Of a DNA stretch of 64,000 bases, positions 54,778 to 64,000 are shown piece after piece. The number at the start of each line of letters is the position of its first letter. Within the stretch, counting starts at the first letter, position 1. The notes under the pieces were generated by a model, which worked only from the letters and a program-made list of their open reading frames with translations, did not search any database and had not been told where the DNA came from. The DNA is from an uncultured Spirochaetota bacterium. Its GTDB lineage: Bacteria; Spirochaetota; Brevinematia; Brevinematales; JAOACQ01. Location of the stretch: NCBI GenBank assembly GCA_963783575.1, contig CAWAOD010000003.1, forward strand, positions 64,001 to 128,000, written 5' to 3'. The position numbers and the translations under genes are program-made.

Positions 54778-55283
54778 GGATTTTTTTCCAGTTTATGCAT
54801 TATAACAAAATCATTATTTATAAATGCTTTATGGCAGTTAATGCAGGACCCGACCTTGCCGGACGAAAGAATTTTACCGTTCGGCGAGTATTGCGCCCAA
54901 TACCAGTCATTGCCGGCGGGATTAAAATCCTTAATTTTAACCATAACGCTTATATTATTCATCTCCTGATCCGAATCATATGCTTCTTTTACTATTATTC
55001 CGCCTTCAGGCACGGTTTTATTGGTCATAGGAATTGCTTCCCTGATTATATCGTTAATGAATATTTTATGAAATGGCCCGTGCGGCGCACGTCCAGGCTG
55101 CATACCTTTATGGTCCGGCCAGAAAGAATATTTATGATAATCGTCTTCTTTAGTTATTCTGTTCCAGAGCGAATCAGCATTGATGCTTTTATTATCGAAA
55201 TTCTCCATATCTTTTTTTGCGAAAAGCGCCGATACGTCAATTACTATAAGAATTACAAAGGTAATCATAAAAACATTTTTCAT
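54774..55283 (-). CDS. Cytochrome P460-family c-type heme protein
   Basis: Signal peptide, HGPFHKIFIN, PEGGIIVKE, VMVK..DWYWAQY, C-terminal CINCH..DFV. Confidence 0.85.
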   Translation of the reverse strand: MKNVFMITFVILIVIDVSALFAKKDMENFDNKSINADSLWNRITKEDDYHKYSFWPDHKGMQPGRAPHGPFHKIFINDIIREAIPMTNKTVPEGGIIVKEAYDSDQEMNNISVMVKIKDFNPAGNDWYWAQYSPNGKILSSGKVGSCINCHKAFINNDFVIMHKLEKNP

Positions 55284-55342
55284 TTTATCCTCCTATAGAT
55301 TTAATAATTTCAAAATTTTTTCCAGTAAATTCAAAACGGATA

Positions 55343-55785
55343 TTACCATAATTGCGGAAGCGCATGCCCGGTTTCCAGAAGGGATTTCAGGCTTGAGATT
55401 ACTTTAGGCCAGCCTTCGGTTATCTCCTGAAGCATATCGGAATCGCTTTCAAGGAGATTATGCTCTAATATTAAACGAGTCACCCCAAGGAAAGGCTCAA
55501 TCTCAAGTGTGAATCTTGTATGCTTTTCTTCGTTAGCAATATCTTCCGGAAAAGCCCAGGTTATTACAAGCCGCTTTGGAGGTAAAAATTCAACAACCTT
55601 ACCGGCCAGGTCGATTGGCCCGTTTATATCATTCCTCCGGTGCTCCCATTTTGAACCCGGCTTCCAGTCTGATACATTCACATGCTGCCAGTATTTCTTT
55701 GTTATTTCATGGTCTATAAAAGCATTCAGGTCTTCTCCGGCGTTGATGAAATGTATGCAACATAAATAAATTTAACTTTTTCCGT
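55343..55785 (-). pseudogene. SRPBCC/AHSA1-like protein with disrupted 5' end
   Basis: SDWKPGS, PPKRLVITW, GWPKVISSLKSLLETG; upstream KFIYVAYISSTPEK segment is out of frame and the post-RBS codon reads ACG. Confidence 0.7.
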
Positions 55786-55892
55786 AAACAAACTCCTGAC
55801 GATTTATTACTAATAATAATAATATTTTTACAATTCATCAAATTATATTTTTAATTTATAATAAAAATCCGTCAGAGCCGCTACGAGTAAAT

Positions 55893-56318
55893 TTATTTTA
55901 ATTCTTTGACAAAATATTTAGGTTCTTCAATAAAGCCCTGCCTTTGATAAAACCTGTGGGCATCATTCCTTCTTGAATGGCAGTGGACTTCTATTCTTTC
56001 ACAGTTCCTGTCCCCTGCGATTTTTACACATTCTCTTTCCAGAAGATCTCCTATGCCCCTGCTCCTGCTTTCCTCATCAACGCAGAAATAACTGATCCTT
56101 GCAATATCGCCCTGCATTGCAAGCTGAGGGATAAAGTGGATTGACATTAAACCGTATACAATCTCATTCTCCTCGGCAATAAGAATCATTTCATTCTCAT
56201 CTTTTGAAAACTGGCTGATTTTATTGTCAATAAATTTTTCAGTGTCATTATAATCAAGCTGTGCAAGCAGCTTGATTATTGAAACGGCGTCGTTTAAAAC
56301 TGCTTTTCTAATGGTCAT
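55893..56318 (-). CDS. GNAT family acetyltransferase
   Basis: MTIRKA, CVDEESRSRGIG, AHRFYQRQGF; RBS before the ATG at 56318. Confidence 0.92.
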   Translation of the reverse strand: MTIRKAVLNDAVSIIKLLAQLDYNDTEKFIDNKISQFSKDENEMILIAEENEIVYGLMSIHFIPQLAMQGDIARISYFCVDEESRSRGIGDLLERECVKIAGDRNCERIEVHCHSRRNDAHRFYQRQGFIEEPKYFVKELK

Positions 56319-56458
56319 GATTTTCTCCTTAAAACGGTTAACAATATAATTAATTGCAGGAATAAAAACAAGAAAATTGATGATTTTATTCGGACTGAAA
56401 TTGTAATCAGGCAATATTTTCCCTTTTGGCAAAAGGGAAGCAAAAGCTTTATTAAAAA

Positions 56459-56719
56459 CTCTCTTTTTATTAAAGAGCCTCACTATGCAGTCCTGCTGAG
56501 TTTGGGTCGCATCCGTCCTGGCGGCGAAATATGAACGGATCTATTGATAATGAAATGGGAATAACAACGAAAGTTATACCAAGATCGTTTTCAACCGCAG
56601 GGAAGCTTAATCGGAAATGGCGCTCATGCTGCGGGATGCGATTAAGAGGGTTGCGGTCACTGAGTAGGACGTTAGCCCGTATCGAAGTGACCATTATGAA
56701 GGCCAGTTGTATAATCAAT
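56459..56719. repeat. Structured non-coding element, copy 1
   Basis: GC-richer stem-rich tract; its blocks recur inverted at 57842-58113 and partly at 58127-58316. Confidence 0.6.
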
Positions 56720-56932
56720 TTAATAAATTATATATTTAACCTTGCCGGAAAAAACTGTTAGGTGTATAATAAACTATAAAATAAAAATTAAGCCGGGTAA
56801 AAAATGGATCGGAATGAGAATCCAGGCGAATTAATCCATCATACTGATCGCATAAAAGCCGTTGTCGAACATATCAAAATAACTGCCTGCTTTAATGTAA
56901 TTAAACATTTCATGTTAAAGGAAAAGTATATT

Positions 56933-56968
56933 TTCCAGAGCAAGTGGGCATGCCCACTTGCTCTGGAA
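56933..56968. repeat. Perfect 36-bp REP palindrome upstream of the RAYT gene
   Basis: TTCCAGAGCAAGTGGGCA|TGCCCACTTGCTCTGGAA. Confidence 0.85.
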
Positions 56969-56984
56969 GGATGAGGAAATAAAT

Positions 56985-57520
56985 ATGGCTGAAATATGGC
57001 ATACGACATGGTCAACACACAATTCCAGAGTTCCTACGCGCAAAGCTGTTTGGCTGGATGATGAAAGCGAAAATTTTATTACAAAAACCATTGTCCGTAT
57101 TATTGCCGGGGATAAATTAAAAGTATATGCTTATAATATTTGCGGCGATCATGTTCATTTGCTGATCGAGGCGGAATATGCCATTCTCCCGGGAATCATC
57201 GGTAAAATTAAATCCATGAGCGCACGAGAGTATAATATTCATATGGGTCGGACAATTCCCCATCCACATCTTCGTCCCATTCCAGAACAAGGGGGCATGC
57301 CCCTTGTTCTGGAATGGGACGGGACCGGACCCAAAACTCTCTTTGGGCGCAAAAATATAATAAATGGCGGATTGACGACAAAAATGAATTCATCAATACA
57401 ATAAATTATATTTTGTCCAACAGGACAAAACACGGTCTGCCGGAAAATAAAAATCTAGATACATTAATCCAGTCAATGATAGATTTTTCCGGGATTTACG
57501 AAAGGGGCATTGAAAAATAA
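56985..57520 (+). CDS. REP-associated tyrosine transposase (RAYT, HUH Y1), one frameshift near 57300
   Basis: HTTWST, YNICGDHVHLL (HUH), KSMSAR, then LWAQKY..INYILSN in a second frame. Confidence 0.85.
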
Positions 57521-57841
57521 ATAAAATCTCCCCAAAATTCATAAAAAAGAGGGCAAGGAATAGCCATGCGGTTAATTTAATCTATTTATCACAATTATAG
57601 TTAGTTAATAAAAGCAGCATTACTTATTTATACAATTAACCGCTTGCAGAACCTCGTTTCTTTCAAGATTCCGAAGCAGGACATGGCTGAAGTAACAGCC
57701 GCGATTACAACCCTGTAAGCTAAACTTTTGCTGTTTAAATTATACTTTGCCCCCAATTTACTCCACCCATCGCTCGCCAATCGAAGATTCGGCGGCCCTA
57801 TTCGACATCATGTCGCTTGTATAACTAGCATTCTGCACAAT

Positions 57842-58113
57842 ATTGATTATTTAAGTGATGCTCTCATAGCACGTCCGTGTGCCTAATGTGGCTTCATTTT
57901 GTGCGCCCCGCAGTATGAGTGCCATTTCCGATTAATCCTTTATTAAATAAAAAGAATTCTCAGAATAAAACCGTTGTTATTCCTGTCCGACATAGTCTAA
58001 ACAAGCTTGAGGGTTTCAGACAGGAGGACTGAAACCGATGAATCAGTCCAAGCCTGCCCTGAGCATAACAAAGTGAACGGACTGATGAGGAGGCTGTTAT
58101 TTAAAGACAGCTC
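57842..58113. repeat. Structured non-coding element, copy 2 (inverted relative to copy 1)
   Basis: 57907-57935 is the reverse complement of 56607-56635 at 27/29; 57972-57983 is the exact reverse complement of 56558-56569. Confidence 0.6.
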
Positions 58114-58481
58114 TTACAAAAACCACGAATAACAACACCAAGATATTATAAAGCATTCAAAACATACTATTCATACTGTTATAAATAATCAGTTATCTGC
58201 TTTAATCTTGGGAACAGGATGTTCCATGAAACTTTTCATTAATTATGAAGATAGTTGAACGCTAGTTTGTCAGCGCAACGATTGCGCAGAAATGGCGTTC
58301 ATACGAAGGAGCGATTCTTTCTTGCGCCAACTCGGTTGGTGAGGTTACTCTCATTCTGATCGATCAGAAAGAGAGTAACAAAGCCCCACTTTTTTGCAAA
58401 AAATCCGGTTTTTTAATATCATATAATGTTGATTTTTATATCAGTATAAAACAAACAATAACTTTCAGGGAGGTTCTATCA

Positions 58482-59066
58482 ATGTCGGAAGATATGATGG
58501 AAATAAGATGGCACGGTAGAGGCGGGCAGGGAGCTAAAACGGCGGCCTTGCTTCTCGGTGAAGCGGCGATATCTGCCGGTAAATATGTCCAGGCTTTCCC
58601 GGAATACGGTCCGGAGAGAATGGGTGCGCCGGTGGCGGCTTATGACAGAATTTCAGGTAAGGAAATCACGATTCATTCGCCGGTATTGAAGCCGAATGTT
58701 GTGCTTGTTCTTGATGAAACATTAACCGATTCGGTAAATGTCGCCCAGGGATTACCGGAGGATTCGGGTGTTTTGATAGTCAACACGCCGTTTTCAAAAG
58801 AATCCATTAAAAACAGGATCAAATGGAACGGCAAAAAACTATTTACAATTGACGCTTCAAAAATCGCGCAATCTTTTATCGGTAAGCCTATTCCAAATAC
58901 GCCTATGATCGGGGCTTTAATCGGCGCGACGGGCCTTCTGCCGATAGAGGCTTTTATGGACGATACAAAAAGAAAACTGGAGAAGAAATTCGCTTCAAAG
59001 CCGGAGGTTATAGATGGCAACCTTAAAGCGATAAGAGCGGCTTACGAGGAGGTAAAAAAGTTATGA
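58482..59066 (+). CDS. porC: Pyruvate:ferredoxin oxidoreductase gamma subunit
   Basis: EIRWHGRGGQGAKT, FPEYGPERMGAP, PNTPMIGA. Confidence 0.93.
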   Translation: MSEDMMEIRWHGRGGQGAKTAALLLGEAAISAGKYVQAFPEYGPERMGAPVAAYDRISGKEITIHSPVLKPNVVLVLDETLTDSVNVAQGLPEDSGVLIVNTPFSKESIKNRIKWNGKKLFTIDASKIAQSFIGKPIPNTPMIGALIGATGLLPIEAFMDDTKRKLEKKFASKPEVIDGNLKAIRAAYEEVKKL

Positions 59067-59482
59067 CGGCAAAACCCGAATTTAAAACATGGAAGGATAT
59101 ACCGGCCGGAGGTGTGCTGGATAGCGGCACGGCTGAATATTTTCATACCGGCGACTGGAGGAGCAAAGTCCCGGTCTGGCAGGAGAAAAACTGCATCCAC
59201 TGTATGACTTGCTGGGCATACTGTCCCGATAATGCCATTAAAATCAGGGAAGGCGCTAAAGGTAAAGAAAGGGCGGGATTTGACTACGATTTCTGCAAAG
59301 GCTGCGGGATATGCCCTGAGGAATGCCCTCAGAACGCAAAAATAGTAAAAGAACTCAAAGCAAAAGATCCGGGATTGAAAATGACAGCATCATCCGGTAC
59401 CGGCAATCAGGAATTTGAAAACAGGGCAGCGATTCTTCTTGTGAGTTTGAAAGACGCCAAAGATAAATTCAATATTAAATGA
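59063..59482 (+). CDS. porD: Pyruvate:ferredoxin oxidoreductase delta subunit (2x4Fe-4S)
   Basis: TGDWR, CIHCMTCWAYCP, CKGCGICPEECP. Confidence 0.92.
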   Translation: MTAKPEFKTWKDIPAGGVLDSGTAEYFHTGDWRSKVPVWQEKNCIHCMTCWAYCPDNAIKIREGAKGKERAGFDYDFCKGCGICPEECPQNAKIVKELKAKDPGLKMTASSGTGNQEFENRAAILLVSLKDAKDKFNIK

Positions 59483-59497
59483 CGGAGGAAAAAAATA

Positions 59498-60683
59498 ATG
59501 GAAAAAATTATAGCCGCGAGAACGGGTAATGAAGCCATGGCCGAGGCCATGCGCCAGATCAACCCCGACATATGCGCAGCGTACCCGATAACTCCGGCAA
59601 CTGAAATAATGCAGATTTTTGCGGGATTTGTAAATGACGGAAAGGTAAAAACAAATCTTATAACGGTTGAATCGGAGCATTCCGCAATGAGCGCTTGCGT
59701 TGGATCGGCCGCTTCGGGCGCGAGGACAATAACCGCGACATCTTCCCAGGGGCTTGCCCTGATGCATGAAATACTATTCATCGCTTCAGGTTTAAGGCTG
59801 CCGATAGTTCTTGCCGATGTAAACCGCGCTCTTTCCGCGCCGATAAATATCCACTGCGACCATTCCGATACAATGGCGGAAAGGGATTCGGGCTGGATAC
59901 AGATATTCTCCGAGAATTCACAGGAAGCTTACGATTCCAATGATCCAGGCGGTCAGGATAGCGGAGCATAAAGATGTGATGCTTCCGGTAATGGTAACAA
60001 CCGACGGATTCATTATCAGTCATGGAATGGAAAGGCTTGAAATGTACCCGGATATTGAAGTCCAAGAATTTACCGGGGAATATAATTTCCCATATAATGT
60101 ACTCGATACGGATCATCCTATCACAGTCGGATCTATCGTATTAACCGACTATTATTTTGAGTTTAAAAAAGCCCAGAGAGAAGCCATGAAGAACGCGAAA
60201 AAGGTCATCCTCGAAATCGGCAGGGAATTCGGGAAAAAATTCGGCAGGGAATACGGCCTGATTGAGACCTACCGCTGTGAAGACGCGGATTATATTACCG
60301 TATCGATGGGCTCAACAGCCGGTACATCAAAAGCTGCCGTTGATGAGCTCAGGCAGGAAGGCATTAAAGCGGGCCTTATCAAAATCAGGGTATTCAGGCC
60401 TTTTCCGGCGGAGGAAATTGCCGGAATTTTATCAAAATCAAAAGCCTCTGCCGTTCTGGACAGGGCAGAAAGCCTTTCAAACCAGGCAGGGCCGGTCGCT
60501 ACAGAGATAAAAGCCGGTTTATATGATGCCGGCGTTAATATTCCACTGTCAAGCTATATTTACGGACTTGGAGGCAGGGAAATATTTATTGAGGACATCA
60601 AAAATGTTTACCGCGGATTGAAAAATATGTCTGAAGGAAAAAGTAAACCAGTACAGGCCGCCTATATCGGCTTGAAAGAATAG
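59498..60683 (+). CDS. porA: Pyruvate:ferredoxin oxidoreductase alpha subunit, one frameshift near 59937
   Basis: AYPITP, ESEHSA, TATSSQG; continues DGFIISH, RVFRPFP, YGLGGR in a second frame. Confidence 0.93.
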
Positions 60684-60696
60684 TGAGGAGGGTAAA

Positions 60697-61626
60697 ATGT
60701 CAACACCAAAACAAGCTTCGGCGATAGAGACTAAATTTTCCGGAGGCCATAGGGCCTGTGCGGGCTGCGGATTTCCAATAGCGATAAAGGAAGTATTATC
60801 CTCCTGTAAAGAACCTGTAGTTGTTGTCAACGCGACCGGATGTATGGAGGTTACCTCCACTATTTTTCCGTTTTCGGCATGGAAAGTTCCTTTTCTCCAT
60901 AACGCATTTGAAAATGCGGCAGCGACTTGCTCAGGGATCGAAGGGGCTTATCAATCATTGAAAAAACAGGGTAAATTGGATAAAAACATTAAGTTTGTCG
61001 CGTTCGGCGGAGACGGCGGGACTTATGACATAGGCATTCAGTCATTGTCCGGCGCAATGGAAAGAGGGCATGATATGCTTTATGTCTGTTACAACAACGA
61101 TGCTTATATGAACACCGGTGTCCAGAGGTCTTCCGCGACACCCCGCGCCGCGCATACAACAACGGCTCCGGCCGGGAAGGCTGTCGGAGGTAAACAGCAG
61201 TTTCCGAAAGACCTGACGGAGATCATGGGCGCCCATTCGATAGCATACGCGGCGCAGACTGTTATAGGCATGTGGACGGACGCAACAAAAAAATTTGAGA
61301 AGGCTTTCGCTTTACAGGGTCCGAAATTCGTAAATATTTATTCACCCTGCGTACTGGGGTGGGGTTATGAAACTACCCAGACCGTGAAGATGTCAAAACT
61401 TGCCGTAGATACCTGCCTCTGGCCTGTTTACGAAATCGAGAACGGCAAATACAAAATCAATTATAAACCTGCGAATAAACTGCCTGTGACAGAGTTTTTT
61501 AAGACACAGACAAGGTTCAAACATATTTTGAAGAATGAGGCCGTAATTGCCGAAATTCAGGCTTATGTCGATTCAAAGTGGGAAAGGCTTTTATTAATGG
61601 AAGAAGCGACGAATAAAGTTAAGTAA
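60697..61626 (+). CDS. porB: Pyruvate:ferredoxin oxidoreductase beta subunit
   Basis: GHRACAGCG, TGC, GGDGG..DIG..YNN TPP motif, YMNTGVQRS. Confidence 0.94.
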   Translation: MSTPKQASAIETKFSGGHRACAGCGFPIAIKEVLSSCKEPVVVVNATGCMEVTSTIFPFSAWKVPFLHNAFENAAATCSGIEGAYQSLKKQGKLDKNIKFVAFGGDGGTYDIGIQSLSGAMERGHDMLYVCYNNDAYMNTGVQRSSATPRAAHTTTAPAGKAVGGKQQFPKDLTEIMGAHSIAYAAQTVIGMWTDATKKFEKAFALQGPKFVNIYSPCVLGWGYETTQTVKMSKLAVDTCLWPVYEIENGKYKINYKPANKLPVTEFFKTQTRFKHILKNEAVIAEIQAYVDSKWERLLLMEEATNKVK

Positions 61627-61641
61627 GTTTAATATTTATAT

Positions 61642-61670
61642 AAGCCCCGGAAATACCCGGGGCTTTTTAT
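61642..61670 (+). terminator. Intrinsic terminator of the por operon
   Basis: AAGCCCCGG-AAATAC-CCGGGGCTT followed by a T run. Confidence 0.85.
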
Positions 61671-61681
61671 TTATTACTTTA

Positions 61682-62362
61682 TTACCTGAGATACTCTATT
61701 TTAATATCCGGCTGTATTGAAATCCCCGGTTTTGCAAACAATTCGACAAATCTGCAGCCTTTTTGCGGATGGAATAAATTGGCGGAAGCGCTGCTTCTTA
61801 TTATCCATGCGGTATCCAGTCCTCTTTCAGTGCCGGCAAGCGCCAGAACATTCTCGTTTTCTGGGATGACACCGGCATCCGTACACATTAAAACCGATTC
61901 AAGACAGACAAGTGTCCCGGTAGAAATCAATTCAAGAGTTTTAGCTAAAATATCCATGGACGATATATGTTGTAAGTGCAGCCTCATAGAAAAACTCGGC
62001 CCAAAAAATGGAATGGTTCCCCTGACAGTCTTCACACCAAGTTTTTCCAGTTTAATTTTATTTTCCTCAGTAATTTCCATAGGTACGGTTTTCAGGCCAT
62101 TTTTCAGCCAATCATCCCTTATTTTTGATAATTCCGGGATTTCTGCAAATATATCACGGCCCATTTTATCCGCTTCCCAGAACATTCCCTGCGGGCAGGT
62201 TACGCAAATAATATTTTTATCTTTGACCCTTTCAGCCAATTTTACAGCACTGTCGTCGGTAACTGAGGCTACAGCGATATACCGGTATTTTTCCGCTTCA
62301 ATCAGGGCAATTTCAATAATGCCCATGGTATTTACCGGCCCGGGCCTCTCAAATACTTTCAT
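61682..62362 (-). CDS. Pyruvate-kinase C-terminal-like alpha/beta domain protein (COG1751-like)
   Basis: FERPGPVNT, VASVT, GTLVCLE..MCTDAG, ALAGTERGLDTA. Confidence 0.75.
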   Translation of the reverse strand: MKVFERPGPVNTMGIIEIALIEAEKYRYIAVASVTDDSAVKLAERVKDKNIICVTCPQGMFWEADKMGRDIFAEIPELSKIRDDWLKNGLKTVPMEITEENKIKLEKLGVKTVRGTIPFFGPSFSMRLHLQHISSMDILAKTLELISTGTLVCLESVLMCTDAGVIPENENVLALAGTERGLDTAWIIRSSASANLFHPQKGCRFVELFAKPGISIQPDIKIEYLR

Positions 62363-62445
62363 AATACACTTCCTTCTTAATGAAAGTCACATTATCTTAA
62401 TAACAATATTGTTTCTAAGAATATCGGTCAATTTTAGTTATAAAT

Positions 62446-63117
62446 TTATTTTTGATTATTCTTTTTCGGTTTCTTTATACCCAATTTTTCAAGCTTATCC
62501 GGCTTATCTTTGAGAGCTTTAACAGAAACTTTACGAAAGCCTGCCATCCATATGTCAAGCTCATTGAGTTTTTGATCCATTTTAATCCTGGATTCCATAG
62601 CCGTCAGCATTAATTTTTTCTGTTTAATAAGCTTATTTGAAACATCTTTTACTAGTGAATACTCCGAATCAAACCTGGATGACGAATATCCGAAACGGGA
62701 CATTTCAGCAGCAAGCCAGGGATTTTTTATTAAAGCCGAATAAAAGGATTCCGCCTGTTCTATCCAGCCGAATAAAGTCCTGCATCTTTCATTATTAAGC
62801 TTAAGAATTTTATTCGTACCGGTACTTTCATCGCAGATGATCCTTACTATTTTGAGTGATCTTATATATATGTTTACAGCCTTATCCCAGGCCTTTTCAA
62901 CTTCTTCAGCCAATTTGATCTGAGCCTCATAATCGGTTTTATGCCGCTCAAAAAGTTTCTGCGCCTCTTCACACAGATTTTGTCCGTATTTTATCCTATC
63001 GCTGTCATACCCAGTCACGGAAAGCGGATTCCTGATTTCTGAATCATCCATAACATTAATTAATGTCTTTCTGCTTGACTGCAAAAATTTTTCCAGCCTG
63101 TTTTTTTCCTCAGACAT
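62446..63117 (-). CDS. Hypothetical alpha-helical protein
   Basis: 223-aa ORF with GGGAGG RBS and amphipathic helices; no family recognised. Confidence 0.65.
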   Translation of the reverse strand: MSEEKNRLEKFLQSSRKTLINVMDDSEIRNPLSVTGYDSDRIKYGQNLCEEAQKLFERHKTDYEAQIKLAEEVEKAWDKAVNIYIRSLKIVRIICDESTGTNKILKLNNERCRTLFGWIEQAESFYSALIKNPWLAAEMSRFGYSSSRFDSEYSLVKDVSNKLIKQKKLMLTAMESRIKMDQKLNELDIWMAGFRKVSVKALKDKPDKLEKLGIKKPKKNNQK

Positions 63118-63344
63118 AATATCCTCCCTAAAATTTTTCCATCAATTATATTACTCTATAGTTTACTGTAAAAACAAGCCGAAAAACAATATGCTTTCGG
63201 GTATAATTATTATATGACTATGGTCACAATTTATGATGATATAATAATCCCTTTGTGAAATCAATCCCGCTGCAGCAAACTAAATAAAACTAATTTTATT
63301 CCAATAAATATGTTAAAATAATTACTATATATTTGAGGTTATAT

Positions 63345-64000
63345 ATGATACTCCCGTTGGTCAGACAATCTTTATTGTTTATTTCGTTTACAATGGTTTT
63401 TATTAATATAGCTGCCTCAGTTTTTCCCCTGGTGAACCTGGAAGCGCTTGAATTATACTCTGAGGGGAATTTCAGGCACAGTGTTGAAGTTTTGACCAAT
63501 AAAAGCGGCCTTTCAAGCCTCGAATATTATCTTCTGGGACGGGATTACCAGGAATTGAACGATATGCCCGGGGCAATATCAAATTTTGAAAAGGTCAAAA
63601 CGGATGATTTAAAGAAAGAGGATTCGGGAAGCTTTTATTTAGAGAATTACTGTTATTTTTGTTCAAAAGCATTATTAAGCTCTTCAGCCGCCGATACGAA
63701 TACGTTTATTACTAATCTTGAAGCGGTTTCAAACCTGTTCTGCATTCTGCCAGAAAATTCAGTCTACTCAAACCAGATCCTCGACACTTACCTTTTCTTT
63801 TTATGGAAATCCCGCCATTATAAAGGAATCACAAATCTGGAAGGTTCAAATTTTATATTAAATTTCTACAAAAATTTTTCAGAGCTGGCGTTAGGGAATA
63901 AAAAATCTCTGTCTTTAATATTGCAATACAGGAAAAATCAAACTTTTTTTTCTCTTTATAAAGATATAATGCAGCCGATCGAGGTTGATGATTTTAACGG
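63345..64000 (+). CDS. Exported TPR-like protein, truncated by the window end
   Basis: GAGG RBS, ATG at 63345, signal-like N-terminus, YYLLGRDYQEL..AISNFEK; frame stays open to 64000 and is absent from the ORF track. Confidence 0.6.
   Translation, partial: MILPLVRQSLLFISFTMVFINIAASVFPLVNLEALELYSEGNFRHSVEVLTNKSGLSSLEYYLLGRDYQELNDMPGAISNFEKVKTDDLKKEDSGSFYLENYCYFCSKALLSSSAADTNTFITNLEAVSNLFCILPENSVYSNQILDTYLFFLWKSRHYKGITNLEGSNFILNFYKNFSELALGNKKSLSLILQYRKNQTFFSLYKDIMQPIEVDDFN

Noticed and set aside
56470..56761. ORFs 56470-56718 and 56531-56761, or tmRNA/RNase P/6S identity for this tract
   Set aside because: The ORFs have no recognisable features and similarity to other copies is in nucleotide blocks; no tRNA-like ends or RNase P conserved motif seen
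57760..57850. attC-like site (TATAAC/GTTATA, hairpins) or group II intron start GTGCG near 57901
   Set aside because: No integrase, cassette array, clear paired R boxes or intron domain V seen; left open under the repeat finding
58026..58125. CTGATGA followed by a hairpin, resembling a hammerhead ribozyme core
   Set aside because: No GAAA directly after the stem, and the upstream GAAA lacks a complementary stem II partner
1..64000. CRISPR array, rRNA, tRNA, prophage
   Set aside because: No regularly spaced repeats, tRNA cloverleafs, rRNA tracts or phage structural genes seen

Overview
AT-rich bacterial chromosomal window. The lineage is probably a free-living spirochaete; this is inferred from the 7TM-DISM/SpoIIE sensor, class III cyclase and lipoprotein style, not proven. 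Left half (0.5-34 kb) is accessory: sensor phosphatase, methyltransferases, a MalT-type LuxR module, a TetR-linked rifampicin-phosphotransferase-like kinase, a PRMT-like methyltransferase, an intact IS1380-family element, a MarR-ArsA/GET3-ABC operon, ppc, an orphan HMG-CoA reductase and a LuxR-DUF3108-like x2-Omp85-like-barrel operon. The 34-51 kb region is a TCA-cycle supercluster (acn, sdhA, sdhB, sucCD, sucAB, lpdA, pirin, citrate synthase, divergent fumC) with no sdhC/D. The right part has a beta-barrel plus two cupredoxin lipoproteins, a cytochrome P460-like gene coupled to a probable heme-c sensor adenylate cyclase, a REP-associated tyrosine transposase bracketed by diverged copies of an unrecognised structured non-coding element, and a four-subunit pyruvate:ferredoxin oxidoreductase operon. 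About ten single-base frameshifts in otherwise intact genes look like sequencing indels. No rRNA, tRNA or CRISPR array was seen. All family assignments come from motif recognition by eye; no searches were run.
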